Origin: Pararobbsia alpina | GTDB taxonomy: Bacteria > Pseudomonadota > Gammaproteobacteria > Burkholderiales > Burkholderiaceae | DNA length: 64,000 nt | Direction: 5' to 3' | NCBI RefSeq assembly: GCF_965118125.1 | Contig: NZ_OZ221287.1 | Coordinates: 423,238-487,237 of the forward strand | In this document: positions 29,259-37,653 of the stretch, in pieces | How positions within the stretch are numbered: position 1 is the first letter of the stretch | Layout of the letters: every line of letters begins with the position of its first letter | The notes under the pieces: generated by a model | The model's database searches: none | What the model saw: only the letters and a program-made list of their open reading frames with translations | Told to the model about the DNA's origin: nothing | Program-made: the position numbers and the translations under genes

Positions 29259-30128
29259 TCAACGCGTGATGGCCGACGCAATGAAATCCGGTGCGCGTTC
29301 GATAAAGACGTCACCGTCGCGACGTCCGAGGTCGTACGCGTGCTGCATCTGTTGCGGGCTCGTGTAGTCCCAGCTCGAGATGGGCACCTTGCTTGACGGC
29401 TGCACATACAGACGATGCTGCAGCTCGTGATTGATCACGAACATCTGCGGACGCGGATAGCGCCGCGTCACCATGACGAGCACCATGCCCGGTGATTCGT
29501 CGAGCCCGTCGACGGGCACGTTGTCGACCATTCCCCCATCGAGCACAGGCCGTCCGTCGCGACGTAGGACCGGCGTGAATGGCGGCGTGCATGCCGACTG
29601 CAGCATGAGATCGGCGAGATCTTCAACCGTCGCGCAATCTTGCGCGCGAATAAACTCACGATGGAATCCGATATTGCGGCCGAGCGTCGGATGCAGCGTT
29701 TTGCGGATGTGCTTCTCGATGTTGTAGGCGATCAGCGCTGTGACGACGCCCGAGCGTGCGCCGAGCCAGCGCGGCAGATGCGAGATACCGACCCGGATAT
29801 CGGGCGCGCGCTTGAGCGCGTCGAAATGCTCACCATAGATATCGAGCAGCGCCTGCCGGTAGATTTTGTAATGCGGAAATACGGGCTTGCCCGGGGCAAG
29901 GAGATTGCCCCAATAGAAGTTCTTCTTGTTGTGCCGGAGCGCCTCGAGGTAATAGTTCATGACCCACTTCGAGTCGCGCGTGAACAGCATGCAGGCGGTC
30001 GCGGCTCCCGCCGAGATGCCCGAGATCACACGCGGCTTGAGGTCGAACCGTGCCGATACGACATCCCAGAAGCCGGCCTGCCACCAGCAGCGGTTGCCGC
30101 CGCCGGCAAAAACGACTTGATCGAACAT
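29259..30128 (-). CDS. Patatin-like phospholipase
   Basis: GGGNRCWWQAGF oxyanion motif, GISAG nucleophile elbow and a DGG catalytic Asp motif. Start trimmed to MFDQVVFAGGG. Confidence 0.7.
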   Translation of the reverse strand: MFDQVVFAGGGNRCWWQAGFWDVVSARFDLKPRVISGISAGAATACMLFTRDSKWVMNYYLEALRHNKKNFYWGNLLAPGKPVFPHYKIYRQALLDIYGEHFDALKRAPDIRVGISHLPRWLGARSGVVTALIAYNIEKHIRKTLHPTLGRNIGFHREFIRAQDCATVEDLADLMLQSACTPPFTPVLRRDGRPVLDGGMVDNVPVDGLDESPGMVLVMVTRRYPRPQMFVINHELQHRLYVQPSSKVPISSWDYTSPQQMQHAYDLGRRDGDVFIERAPDFIASAITR

Positions 30129-30308
30129 CCCTTGCAGTCTCGACAATGGTGAATGAGGGCGCGAAGCATCACGACGCGCGATGCCCAACGATACCGCGTC
30201 AGCCTTGATTTGACGGGAGAGGACGACCTCTATCGAAACTTTCTCAAGATTTTTTTCGAAAGGGGGTAGCGCACGTAAAAAAAGTCGTGCTATAGTTCGA
30301 CCTCTGTT

Positions 30309-30384
30309 GGGGCGTTAGCTCAGTTGGTAGAGCAGCGGACTCTTAATCCGTAGGTCGAGTGTTCGAGTCACTCACGCCCCACCA
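30309..30384 (+). tRNA. tRNA-Lys (CTT)
   Basis: GGGGCGTTAGCTCAGTTGGTAGAGCAGCGGACTCTTAATCCGT...GAGTGTTCGAGTCACTCACGCCCCACCA. Seven-bp acceptor stem, anticodon loop CT-CTT-AA and encoded CCA. Confidence 0.85.
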
Positions 30385-30396
30385 CCCAATTAGAAA

Positions 30397-30433
30397 GGCC
30401 GCTCAGCGAAAGCTGAGCGGCCTTTTGCTTTTG
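30397..30433 (+). terminator. Intrinsic terminator of tRNA-Lys
   Basis: GGCCGCTCAGC-gaaa-GCTGAGCGGCC followed by TTTTGCTTTTG. Confidence 0.6.
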
Positions 30434-30521
30434 CGCGACGTAGTGCGTTGCATGTGACGGACGCGAGTCGCCGCGGCGCGATATGCGTATCGACGTCGAT
30501 GAAGGGGCGCCTATACCGTCC

Positions 30522-31361
30522 CTACTGTACGTCGACTGTCGCGGCTGCCTCAACACCGTTCACCACCTCTCGCAAGAACCGGTCAAGCAAAACGACTTCT
30601 CCTTCCGGTCGCTTGTATTCGCGATCATGCTCGGCGTCGGCCAACATGCTCTCGATCAAAGCGTGGATCGCCGGACGGCGCGGTCCGTATTCGCCTTCCG
30701 TCGCTTGCATCTTCAACGCGAGCAATGCGTCGACTTCCGCGAGCAGTTCAGGATCGTGGACGGTTGCCGCGACCAGATCCGCGAATCGCATCGGCGGCAT
30801 GCCCAGCCCGGCATCGATCCAGCGAACGGCCAGCAAAGGCCGTAGAACGTACAGATACTTCTTGTACCGGACGGTCTCGTCCTTCAAATAGCCGCGGAAG
30901 TTCTTTTTCGCCATCGACAGGTAGTGGTGACGACCTCTCAGCGGAGAAAAGAATGCCGTCGCGAGTTCGCGCAAGCGAGGCGCCCACGACGCATCTTCCC
31001 GATACGTCACCGGCGAATCGAGCCACTCGAGCAACGTCGGGTTCGATCGATGCAGCAGCTGAAGCGCCTTTCGTAGCTCCCAGCCGCTGACGTCGAGCAC
31101 GTCGTCGATCGGCCGCTCGATCACGTCGCGTTGAGGTTCGACACGCAAGTACCAATCCCGCCGATGGACATAGACGAACCGCACGTCATAGTCGCTATCC
31201 GGCGACGCAAAGCCCCATCCGCGACTCCCCGATTCGCAAGCGAACAACACCCGAACATCGTGTTGCCGCTCGACGGTCCTGAGTTCCTCCATCACACGTT
31301 CACGCACAGCGGGATCGATCGGGTGCGCACTGCGCACCGTCGTCCGTTCTTCCCGTTTCAT
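30522..31361 (-). CDS. Pol-beta-superfamily nucleotidyltransferase (COG3541-like)
   Basis: hG[GS]...D.D NTase signature VLFACESGSRGWGFASPDSDYDVRFVY. 279 aa, last gene of the operon driven by the sigma54 promoter at 33093-33108. Confidence 0.6.
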   Translation of the reverse strand: MKREERTTVRSAHPIDPAVRERVMEELRTVERQHDVRVLFACESGSRGWGFASPDSDYDVRFVYVHRRDWYLRVEPQRDVIERPIDDVLDVSGWELRKALQLLHRSNPTLLEWLDSPVTYREDASWAPRLRELATAFFSPLRGRHHYLSMAKKNFRGYLKDETVRYKKYLYVLRPLLAVRWIDAGLGMPPMRFADLVAATVHDPELLAEVDALLALKMQATEGEYGPRRPAIHALIESMLADAEHDREYKRPEGEVVLLDRFLREVVNGVEAAATVDVQ

Positions 31362-31430
31362 TTCAAACTCCCCGATGCAATCAGCCGGCGGTGCAATGAT
31401 TGAATTGCAACCGCCGGCACAACCTGTTTC

Positions 31431-32570
31431 CTACGTCGGCTTGATGCTCACTAGACCGTTCAGCACCTGGTCGAGTCCCCCGAACACCGAAATGCGATCG
31501 ATACGCTCCGCAATACGTTCAAGGGTTTCGAGCTCCTTGAGTCGAAGCGCGGTCGGGTTTTCTTCCATGACCTTGGCAGTGTTCAGCAGAGAGCGCGTCG
31601 CCGCAGTCTCTTCGCGGCGGCGGATCACATTGGCCTGAGCCGCTTTCTCCGCCTCCACAACCTGCGCAAGGATCGTCTTCATGTCACCCGGCAGCGTGAT
31701 GTCCTTCACACCGACACTGCGCACGTCCACACCGGTGCCCTCCATACGGGCTCGCACCTGTTCGATCACGCTTTCGTCGATGACCTGCTTGTTCTCGAGC
31801 AGTTCGTCGAGCGAACGCGTTCCCACGGCCGAGCGCAGCGCGAACTGCAACTCGCGATAGAGATGATCGACCGGTTTTTGCAGCTGTCCGAATGCGCGCA
31901 GTACATCGACGTAGCTCCAGCTCGCCGCCAGCGTGAGGCGCAGCGTGACCTTGTCGCGGGTCAGAATCTCCTGTCCCGATACTTCGAGCGCCTGCAGGCG
32001 CTTATCGACCAGATCCACCGACACGTCGCGCCCATAACGCCAGAAGCCCGACACGCCCGGTTCGAGCAAGCGCTCCACCTTGCCGTCGACCTTGAGCACA
32101 CCGACGTTGTAGGCCGGCACGTGCGCAAGCAGCACACCCGCAAGCCCAGTTGTCGCCCGAGTGCGCAGCGCCGGCAGTTGCAGTTGCGTCACCAGATCCT
32201 GCGGCAGCGCAAATCCGGCGCGCAGGTCGATCGTCTCGAGACGATGCGCGATTTGCCCTTGCCAGTACAGGCGGCGCGTGCCGGGCGCGAGCACCTCAAC
32301 GAGCATGTCGTTCTCGTAACGCAGCCCGACCTGGGTGTCGGCCAGATCCATCGGCACAAAGTAGCGCGACACGACGTCCGTCGCCGCGCAACGCAGATAC
32401 TCGCCCAGCGACGCATCAGCGAGCGGCTCGTCGAGCTGGCACGTCTTGACGGTGAGCCGACCAAACGGATCGAAGGCACGGAACACACCCGGTTCGAGCA
32501 CCTTCACGAAGTCACCCTCGCTCATCAGCAGGGCGCGCTCGTTCTTCTTCACTACAACGCGGTTCCACAT
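31431..32570 (-). CDS. SPFH/band-7 (slipin/stomatin-like) domain protein with a roughly 150-aa N-terminal domain of unknown function
   Basis: Start trimmed to MWNRVVVKKNERALL at 32570. The central SPFH domain and the C-terminal coiled-coil/Ala-rich segment (AQVVEAEKAAQANVIRRREETAATR) are typical of band-7 proteins. Confidence 0.7.
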   Translation of the reverse strand: MWNRVVVKKNERALLMSEGDFVKVLEPGVFRAFDPFGRLTVKTCQLDEPLADASLGEYLRCAATDVVSRYFVPMDLADTQVGLRYENDMLVEVLAPGTRRLYWQGQIAHRLETIDLRAGFALPQDLVTQLQLPALRTRATTGLAGVLLAHVPAYNVGVLKVDGKVERLLEPGVSGFWRYGRDVSVDLVDKRLQALEVSGQEILTRDKVTLRLTLAASWSYVDVLRAFGQLQKPVDHLYRELQFALRSAVGTRSLDELLENKQVIDESVIEQVRARMEGTGVDVRSVGVKDITLPGDMKTILAQVVEAEKAAQANVIRRREETAATRSLLNTAKVMEENPTALRLKELETLERIAERIDRISVFGGLDQVLNGLVSIKPT

Positions 32571-32789
32571 GACATTGTCCTTTTTTTGTTGCCCGCCGGG
32601 CACGCGCGCCGGATGGATCGCGGAACGACGCGAACGGGTGGGTGTCGCGAAACGGCTCGCAGCCTTCGAAGCAATGCGCATGCTCTTGCATTGCCGCGTC
32701 GACTGCACGTCGTCCGCCTGCCCAGCCGGTCACGCGGGACCGAAACCGATCCGACGCGCGACGGGCCTTTCGGCCCGCGCCAGCGGTGA

Positions 32790-33082
32790 CTACCTGAATC
32801 CCCGGCGGAGACCGGGAGCGCGGGACTCGAACCCGCGAGCCGTCAGCCGAAGCCGTTGGCATTACCTTTCCATTTCTTGCTTGGTCAGTGCACCGGGAAT
32901 CGAACCCGGATGACGTCGCCAGACGCACTACGATTTGCCTTAGTACCTGCGGGCGGCATGCGCAGCCACGACGCTCCCGGTTCCTCGCATGCAACGTCAG
33001 TCGCCGCGGGTTTCGGGTTCGGTGTCAGCGCACCAGCAAGGCTTTGTGAACCTTGGCTCGTGGGCCTGCAGGACATCCGGCG
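32790..33082 (-). ncRNA. Candidate structured ncRNA with two tRNA-like modules (Y-RNA-like or tRNA-mimic), transcribed from the sigma54 promoter
   Basis: Module A (plus coordinates 32882-32930, read on the minus strand) is UAGUGCG-14 nt-CCGGG-UUCGAUU-CCCGG-UGCACUG-A-CCA. This is an acceptor-stem plus T-arm minihelix with a canonical T-loop and a 3'-terminal ACCA. Module B (about 32793-32870) is GCGGG-UUCGAGU-CCCGC followed by the hairpin CCCGG-ucuccg-CCGGG. The 700-bp intergenic space is unusually large for this genome. Confidence 0.3.
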
Positions 33083-33092
33083 GTTTCCTTAT

Positions 33093-33108
33093 TGCGAGGA
33101 CCGTGCCA
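33093..33108 (-). promoter_or_regulatory. Sigma54 (RpoN) -24/-12 promoter driving the ncRNA-SPFH-NTase operon, divergent from rtcR
   Basis: The minus strand reads CTGGCACGGTCCTCGCA, against the consensus TGGCACG-N4-TTGCW. The GG and GC dinucleotides are correctly spaced and there is one mismatch in the -12 box. It sits 160 bp from the rtcR start, leaving room for activator sites. Confidence 0.5.
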
Positions 33109-33269
33109 GCGCGGCGTCGATTGCGCGGGGAAGCGGCGCAATCCCTTGCCAGGCTTGGCTCGAGGCAACGAGGCACGTTGACAGGGCCTTGACCGAGGGT
33201 GCGCATGACGGTGTGAGGTATCCTCAAATTCTGATACGCTGATATCGCACCCGATATTTGTAGATAAAC

Positions 33270-34865
33270 ATGCGAAAGACCGTTGCGATTGGTTTTCTCG
33301 GCACTGTGCTCGACCTGGGACGGCGCGCGCGTCGATGGCAAAAGTGGCGCCCTACGGTCAGTCTGTGTACCCAGCCCGACATGCCGGTCGACCGGCTCGA
33401 GTTGCTTTACCCGCCGGACTACGACCGATTGGCCAATCGCGTTCGCGAGGACATCGTTGAGTTGTCACCACGCACCGAGGTGCGGCTGACGCCGGTCGAA
33501 ATCGGTAACCCGTGGGATTTCGAAGAGGTGTACGCGACGCTGCACGATTTCGCTCGCGGCTACGCTTTCGACGTGGACGCGGAGGACTACCTCGTCCACA
33601 TCACCACGGGCACTCACGTCGCGCAGATCTGCTGGTTTTTGCTCGCCGAGGCCCGCTACCTGCCTGCGCGGCTCGTGCAGACCTCACCACCCGAGCATTC
33701 GGACGACGGTCCGAAAGGCCCAGGCGAGATATCGGTCATCGATCTCGATCTGTCACGATACGACCGCATTGCACAACGATTCACGCGCGAACGCGACGAG
33801 ACCGTTTCCTTCCTGAAAGCAGGCATTGCGACGCGCAATGCCCGGTTCAACGCCTTGATCGAGCAGCTCGAACGCGTCGCCGTGCGATCGCGGGCGCCGA
33901 TGCTGCTGGTCGGGCCGACCGGAGCGGGCAAATCGTTTCTTGCAAAGCGCATCTACGAACTCAAGCACGCGCGACACAAGCTCGCTGGGCCCTTCGTTGA
34001 AATCAACTGTGCGACGCTGCGTGGCGATGCGGCCATGTCGACGTTGTTCGGCCATGTCAAAGGCGCTTTCACAGGAGCACAGAGTGCGCGGGCCGGCCTG
34101 CTTCGCGCTGCCGACGCAGGGCTGCTCTTCCTCGATGAAATCGGCGAACTGGGCCTCGACGAGCAAGCGATGTTGCTCAAGGCCATCGAAGAGAAGCGCT
34201 TTTTGCCGGTCGGCGCCGACATCGAAGCGACAAGCGATTTCCAGTTGATCGCCGGCACGCATCGCGATTTGCAGCGCATGGTGAGTGCGGGAGCGTTCCG
34301 GGAGGACCTCTATGCGCGTATCAATTTGTGGACCTACGACTTGCCGGGCCTCGCTGATCGTCGCGAAGATATTGAACCGAATCTTGACTATGAGCTCGAT
34401 CGGTTCGTCGAAGCCAATGGCGAACGCGTTCGATTCAATGTGGAAGCCAAACGGCGCTATCTGGATTTTGCGACGTCGACTCACGCGTTGTGGCCGGGCA
34501 ATTTCCGCGAGTTATCCGCATCTGTTACGCGGATGGCCACGTTGTCGGATGCGGGTCGCATTACCGAAGCCAACGCCGTCGAAGAGGTCACGCGCTTGCG
34601 ACGTTCGTGGCGGTCCGGCGATACGGAGTCGAGTCGCGTCGCTGTGCTGCTGGGCGAGCGCGCCGCCGAAATCGACTTGTTCGACCGGATGCAGCTCGAA
34701 CAGGTGCTGCGTGTCTGCGCAGCGGCGACAAGCATTTCCGAAGCCGGACGCGCCTTGTTCGCGGTGTCACGTGCGAACAAGAAGCAGCCGAACGATGCAG
34801 ACCGGCTGCGCAAGTATCTCGCGCGCTTCGGCGTCGAATGGGACAGCATCGCCTCGCTGCGCTGA
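33270..34865 (+). CDS. rtcR: Sigma54-dependent transcriptional activator RtcR (CARF-like N-domain, AAA+, HTH)
   Basis: Conserved RtcR-type N-terminal motifs MRKTV..GF.GT.LD....RW.KWRPT and NPWDFEEVYA.LHDFARGY......EDYL.HITTGTHVAQICWFLLAEARYLPARL..SPP. AAA+ Walker A GPTGAGKSF, the GAFTGA sigma54-contact motif, and the C-terminal NDADRLRKYLARFG tail. Confidence 0.9.
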   Translation: MRKTVAIGFLGTVLDLGRRARRWQKWRPTVSLCTQPDMPVDRLELLYPPDYDRLANRVREDIVELSPRTEVRLTPVEIGNPWDFEEVYATLHDFARGYAFDVDAEDYLVHITTGTHVAQICWFLLAEARYLPARLVQTSPPEHSDDGPKGPGEISVIDLDLSRYDRIAQRFTRERDETVSFLKAGIATRNARFNALIEQLERVAVRSRAPMLLVGPTGAGKSFLAKRIYELKHARHKLAGPFVEINCATLRGDAAMSTLFGHVKGAFTGAQSARAGLLRAADAGLLFLDEIGELGLDEQAMLLKAIEEKRFLPVGADIEATSDFQLIAGTHRDLQRMVSAGAFREDLYARINLWTYDLPGLADRREDIEPNLDYELDRFVEANGERVRFNVEAKRRYLDFATSTHALWPGNFRELSASVTRMATLSDAGRITEANAVEEVTRLRRSWRSGDTESSRVAVLLGERAAEIDLFDRMQLEQVLRVCAAATSISEAGRALFAVSRANKKQPNDADRLRKYLARFGVEWDSIASLR

Positions 34866-34989
34866 TAACGCATTACCGCTCTTCGCCAACATGCCCCTTA
34901 TATTGCCGCCCTGCGCTGATGGCCCCCTTGATTGGCGATCTGCCGTTGCTCGGGCGGGGGTGCGGTGGCTCCCGTCGCCGTCGGGCCGA

Positions 34990-35511
34990 TTAACGATCGA
35001 GGTCAGCGATCTGTTGCAGCGACAGTCCCATTTGGCCGCGCAGAAACTTCGCCATCGTCCAATACGGCAGCGCGTGTTCGTCCATCGCGCCAAACGTGTC
35101 CCTGTAGAGCGGCAACCAGCGCAAGGCGGCCTCGATGCGCTGTTCGCGTGTCGCCTCCTGCCTGTGCTCGCCGTAGGGAAGGCTTCGATGGTGAATAAAG
35201 AAACGACCGGGCAAGCGCTCTTCACAAAGCGTTTTGTATTCGCGCGTTTGCAGGATCAGGTAGTGCCAGACGTCGTCGATCTCTTGCTCGACAGGCAGGA
35301 ACTGCCCGCGCAGCGACGCTGGGTGAGCCGAGACGAGGTAGAGATACCGGAGGCACTCGATGATCCGGTGTTCCGCATCTGCGCTATCGGTCTCGCTTTG
35401 TTGCGCGACATGCAGCACGGTTTCTTGATAGAGACGAGGGCACACGAGCGACCTGAGTGTCTTGATCGACACAAGACCTGGCGACGGGCAGCGCGATGCG
35501 GCGTCATTCAT
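34990..35511 (-). CDS. Hypothetical protein (start may instead lie upstream at 35685, placing the octamer repeat in-frame)
   Basis: 174-aa ORF from MNDAASR..., or 231 aa from the upstream ATG. No recognisable domain. An octamer tandem repeat lies 50-110 bp upstream of the short start. Confidence 0.4.
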   Translation of the reverse strand: MNDAASRCPSPGLVSIKTLRSLVCPRLYQETVLHVAQQSETDSADAEHRIIECLRYLYLVSAHPASLRGQFLPVEQEIDDVWHYLILQTREYKTLCEERLPGRFFIHHRSLPYGEHRQEATREQRIEAALRWLPLYRDTFGAMDEHALPYWTMAKFLRGQMGLSLQQIADLDR

Positions 35512-35563
35512 GGAAATCGTTGACCCCGGGGGGCTCCGCGGCGGATAGAAGATGGGTACAGTC

Positions 35564-35619
35564 TTGACCCGCTGACCCGCTGACCCGCTGACCCGCTGAC
35601 CCGCTGACCCGCTGACCCG
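35564..35619. repeat. Octanucleotide tandem repeat (CTGACCCG)x6 plus one imperfect unit
   Basis: TTGACCCG then CTGACCCG x6, read directly from the sequence. Confidence 0.95.
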
Positions 35620-35724
35620 CGGGCTCGTCGGCAGCGTTGTCGCACGCGAGATTCGCTTCAGCGACGTCCTCACCCGGCCACGCACAATCTAGTGTGGCCG
35701 TGATGAGGTGCAGGGCCCGCTGAA

Positions 35725-35892
35725 TCAGTTCGCGCCTTCGGTGCCTTTGTACGGCCACTCGTCGGGATCGACGCAACCTTGTTTCGCCGTGGTCTTGCTT
35801 CCGTTCGTAAGCGTTGCAACCTCCGGCGAATTGGCCGCCACCCACTTGTTCCAGTTGAGATCGCCGGCGATGTCCTTGATCAAGTCCTTCAT
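35725..35892 (-). CDS. Small hypothetical protein (55 aa)
   Basis: ATG preceded by GGAG at -6. MKDLIKDIAGDLNWNKWVAANSPEVATLTNGSKTTAKQGCVDPDEWPYKGTEGAN with no known domain. Confidence 0.3.
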   Translation of the reverse strand: MKDLIKDIAGDLNWNKWVAANSPEVATLTNGSKTTAKQGCVDPDEWPYKGTEGAN

Positions 35893-36129
35893 AGGAACTC
35901 CGTTACGTTGAAAGGAGCAGGTTCGGCTCTTCGACACGGACGAAGTTCGGATGGGAGGCGCAGCTTGATCGGTTCAAGCAAATCGAGGTCACGGCCACGT
36001 TTGAACGGCTTTGACCTCACGAATCGCATGCCCACTTCGGAATAGCGTGTGATACTCCACGCACATTAAAACCCCATAAAAATCGCGACCTCGCCGCCTG
36101 GTGCCCGAGGATCGACAGGAGACAAGACT

Positions 36130-36900
36130 GTGCATGCGTTCACACTGTCCGAGCCTATCGGCATCATCGGCCTCGTGCTTGTTGCGGGCCTCTGGGCCGG
36201 GCTTCAAAACGCGCTTGCGGGCGGTGGGTCCTTCGTGACGTTGCCGGCGCTGATCGTCGCGGGCATGTCGCCGCTCGCGGCCAATATCACATCGACCGTT
36301 GCGCTGTTCCCGGGGCAGCTCGCGAGTGGTGTCGCCGGACGCAAGCTCGTGACGGGTGCCGAACATCTGTCGTTTCTGACGTTATTCGTGATCAGCCTTG
36401 CGGGTGGCGCGCTCGGTGGATTGCTTCTGCTCAAGACACCGTCGACGCTCTTCGCCCATCTGGTGCCCTGGCTCGTGCTGTTCGCGACTGTGGTGTTCAC
36501 GTGGGGCAGCTTCTTTCGCAAGTCGGGCGAGTCTGCGGTCCATCTCGGGCGGTACGGTGCGATGACCGCTCAGTTTGTCGTCGCGATCTATGGCGGTTAT
36601 TTCGGAGGTGGGATCGGCTTCCTGATGATGGCGCTGCTAACGATGGCCGGCCTCCCGACTCGCAGCGCAGGTGCAACCAAGAACGCGCTCGCGGGCGTCA
36701 TGAATGCATCCGCGGTCGTGCTCTTCATTACTTCGAGCCAGCTGCACTGGCGCGAGGCCATCATACTGGGCGCGGGCGCCATCGTCGGTGGCCTGTTCGG
36801 TTCGTGGGCCCTGCATCGGGTCAACGAACGCGTCCTGCGGATCGCGATCGTCTGCATCGGCATCGCGTTGACGATCGGTTTGTTTGTGCGCCCCGTCTGA
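36130..36900 (+). CDS. TauE/SafE (TSUP, DUF81) family membrane permease
   Basis: 256 aa, 7-8 TM helices, Gly-rich TSUP repeats (GLQNALAGGGSFVTLPAL; GGYFGGGIGFLMMALL). Confidence 0.75.
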   Translation: MHAFTLSEPIGIIGLVLVAGLWAGLQNALAGGGSFVTLPALIVAGMSPLAANITSTVALFPGQLASGVAGRKLVTGAEHLSFLTLFVISLAGGALGGLLLLKTPSTLFAHLVPWLVLFATVVFTWGSFFRKSGESAVHLGRYGAMTAQFVVAIYGGYFGGGIGFLMMALLTMAGLPTRSAGATKNALAGVMNASAVVLFITSSQLHWREAIILGAGAIVGGLFGSWALHRVNERVLRIAIVCIGIALTIGLFVRPV

Positions 36901-37083
36901 TTCAACGGGCACGCAATCGGCTCGCCAAGCCCGCGAAGTGCGCGCTGCGCGCTGCGAACGGCGAGCGTTCACCAACATCACCGGCACTATTGCGCGGCTT
37001 TCCCGTTCAAGGCGACCCGGTGCTCACGGTTCGGCATCAGCCTCGCCGCCTCGGCACGCGTTGATCGATGTGCGCTTCAACCG

Positions 37084-37653
37084 TCAATGCGCAGGATTGA
37101 TCAGCGCGGTCATGACGTGATCGGTCCACTCGCCGTTGATCTTCAAATAGGACCGTGCGAGCCCTTCCCTCTCAAATCCCAGACTTTGAAGCAATCGGGC
37201 GCTGCGTAAATTCTCGGGACGATGATTCGCCATGACGCGGTGCAGGTCATAGCGCGCGAACATCTCGTCGATCGAGCGGCGCACGCCTTCTCGCATATAC
37301 CCGTGACCTTCGGCGTTCCCGCTGATCGAGAACCCGAGGTGGCACGCCTGGAACGCACCGCGAATGATGTTCGAGAAATTGCAGGTGCCGGTCAGCACGC
37401 CCGTTTCACGGTCGATGAACACAAGGTGGACGGCCAGCCCGTCATGCATCTGTGCGACGGTGCCTGCGATACGTGCCTGAGTTGACGGCAACGTATAGAA
37501 GTCGTCAGTGCGCAGCGGCTCCCATGGCTGCAGGTGCGCGCGATTGCGCACGTGATAGTCGAGGATGGCCGCCGCGTCGCCGATCGCGATCGGGCGGATC
37601 GTCAGCCGCTCGGAAACCACTCCGTCCACAGGAAATTTCAGCATCGAACTCAT
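37084..37653 (-). CDS. GNAT-family N-acetyltransferase (RimJ/RimL-like)
   Basis: Acetyl-CoA-binding motif in ...SISGNAEGHGYMREGVRRSIDEMF... Start trimmed to MSSMLKF. Confidence 0.7.
   Translation of the reverse strand: MSSMLKFPVDGVVSERLTIRPIAIGDAAAILDYHVRNRAHLQPWEPLRTDDFYTLPSTQARIAGTVAQMHDGLAVHLVFIDRETGVLTGTCNFSNIIRGAFQACHLGFSISGNAEGHGYMREGVRRSIDEMFARYDLHRVMANHRPENLRSARLLQSLGFEREGLARSYLKINGEWTDHVMTALINPAH

Noticed and set aside
32878-33245. tmRNA (ssrA) on the minus strand
   Set aside because: The 3' end (T-arm plus UGCACUG-A-CCA) looks tmRNA-like and the region is about 360 nt. However there is no complementary 5' acceptor strand (no CAGUGCA/GGGG-type 5' end) at the expected distance, no PK1/resume-codon/tag ORF ending in ALAA-stop in any frame, and a good sigma54 promoter sits in the middle of what would be the tmRNA body. 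It is reinterpreted as RtcR-linked tRNA-like ncRNA modules.
34285-35523. 412-aa plus-strand ORF
   Set aside because: Overlaps the 3' end of rtcR out of frame and is antisense to the 34990-35511 gene. Its Arg/Cys/Ser-rich composition is typical of off-frame translation.
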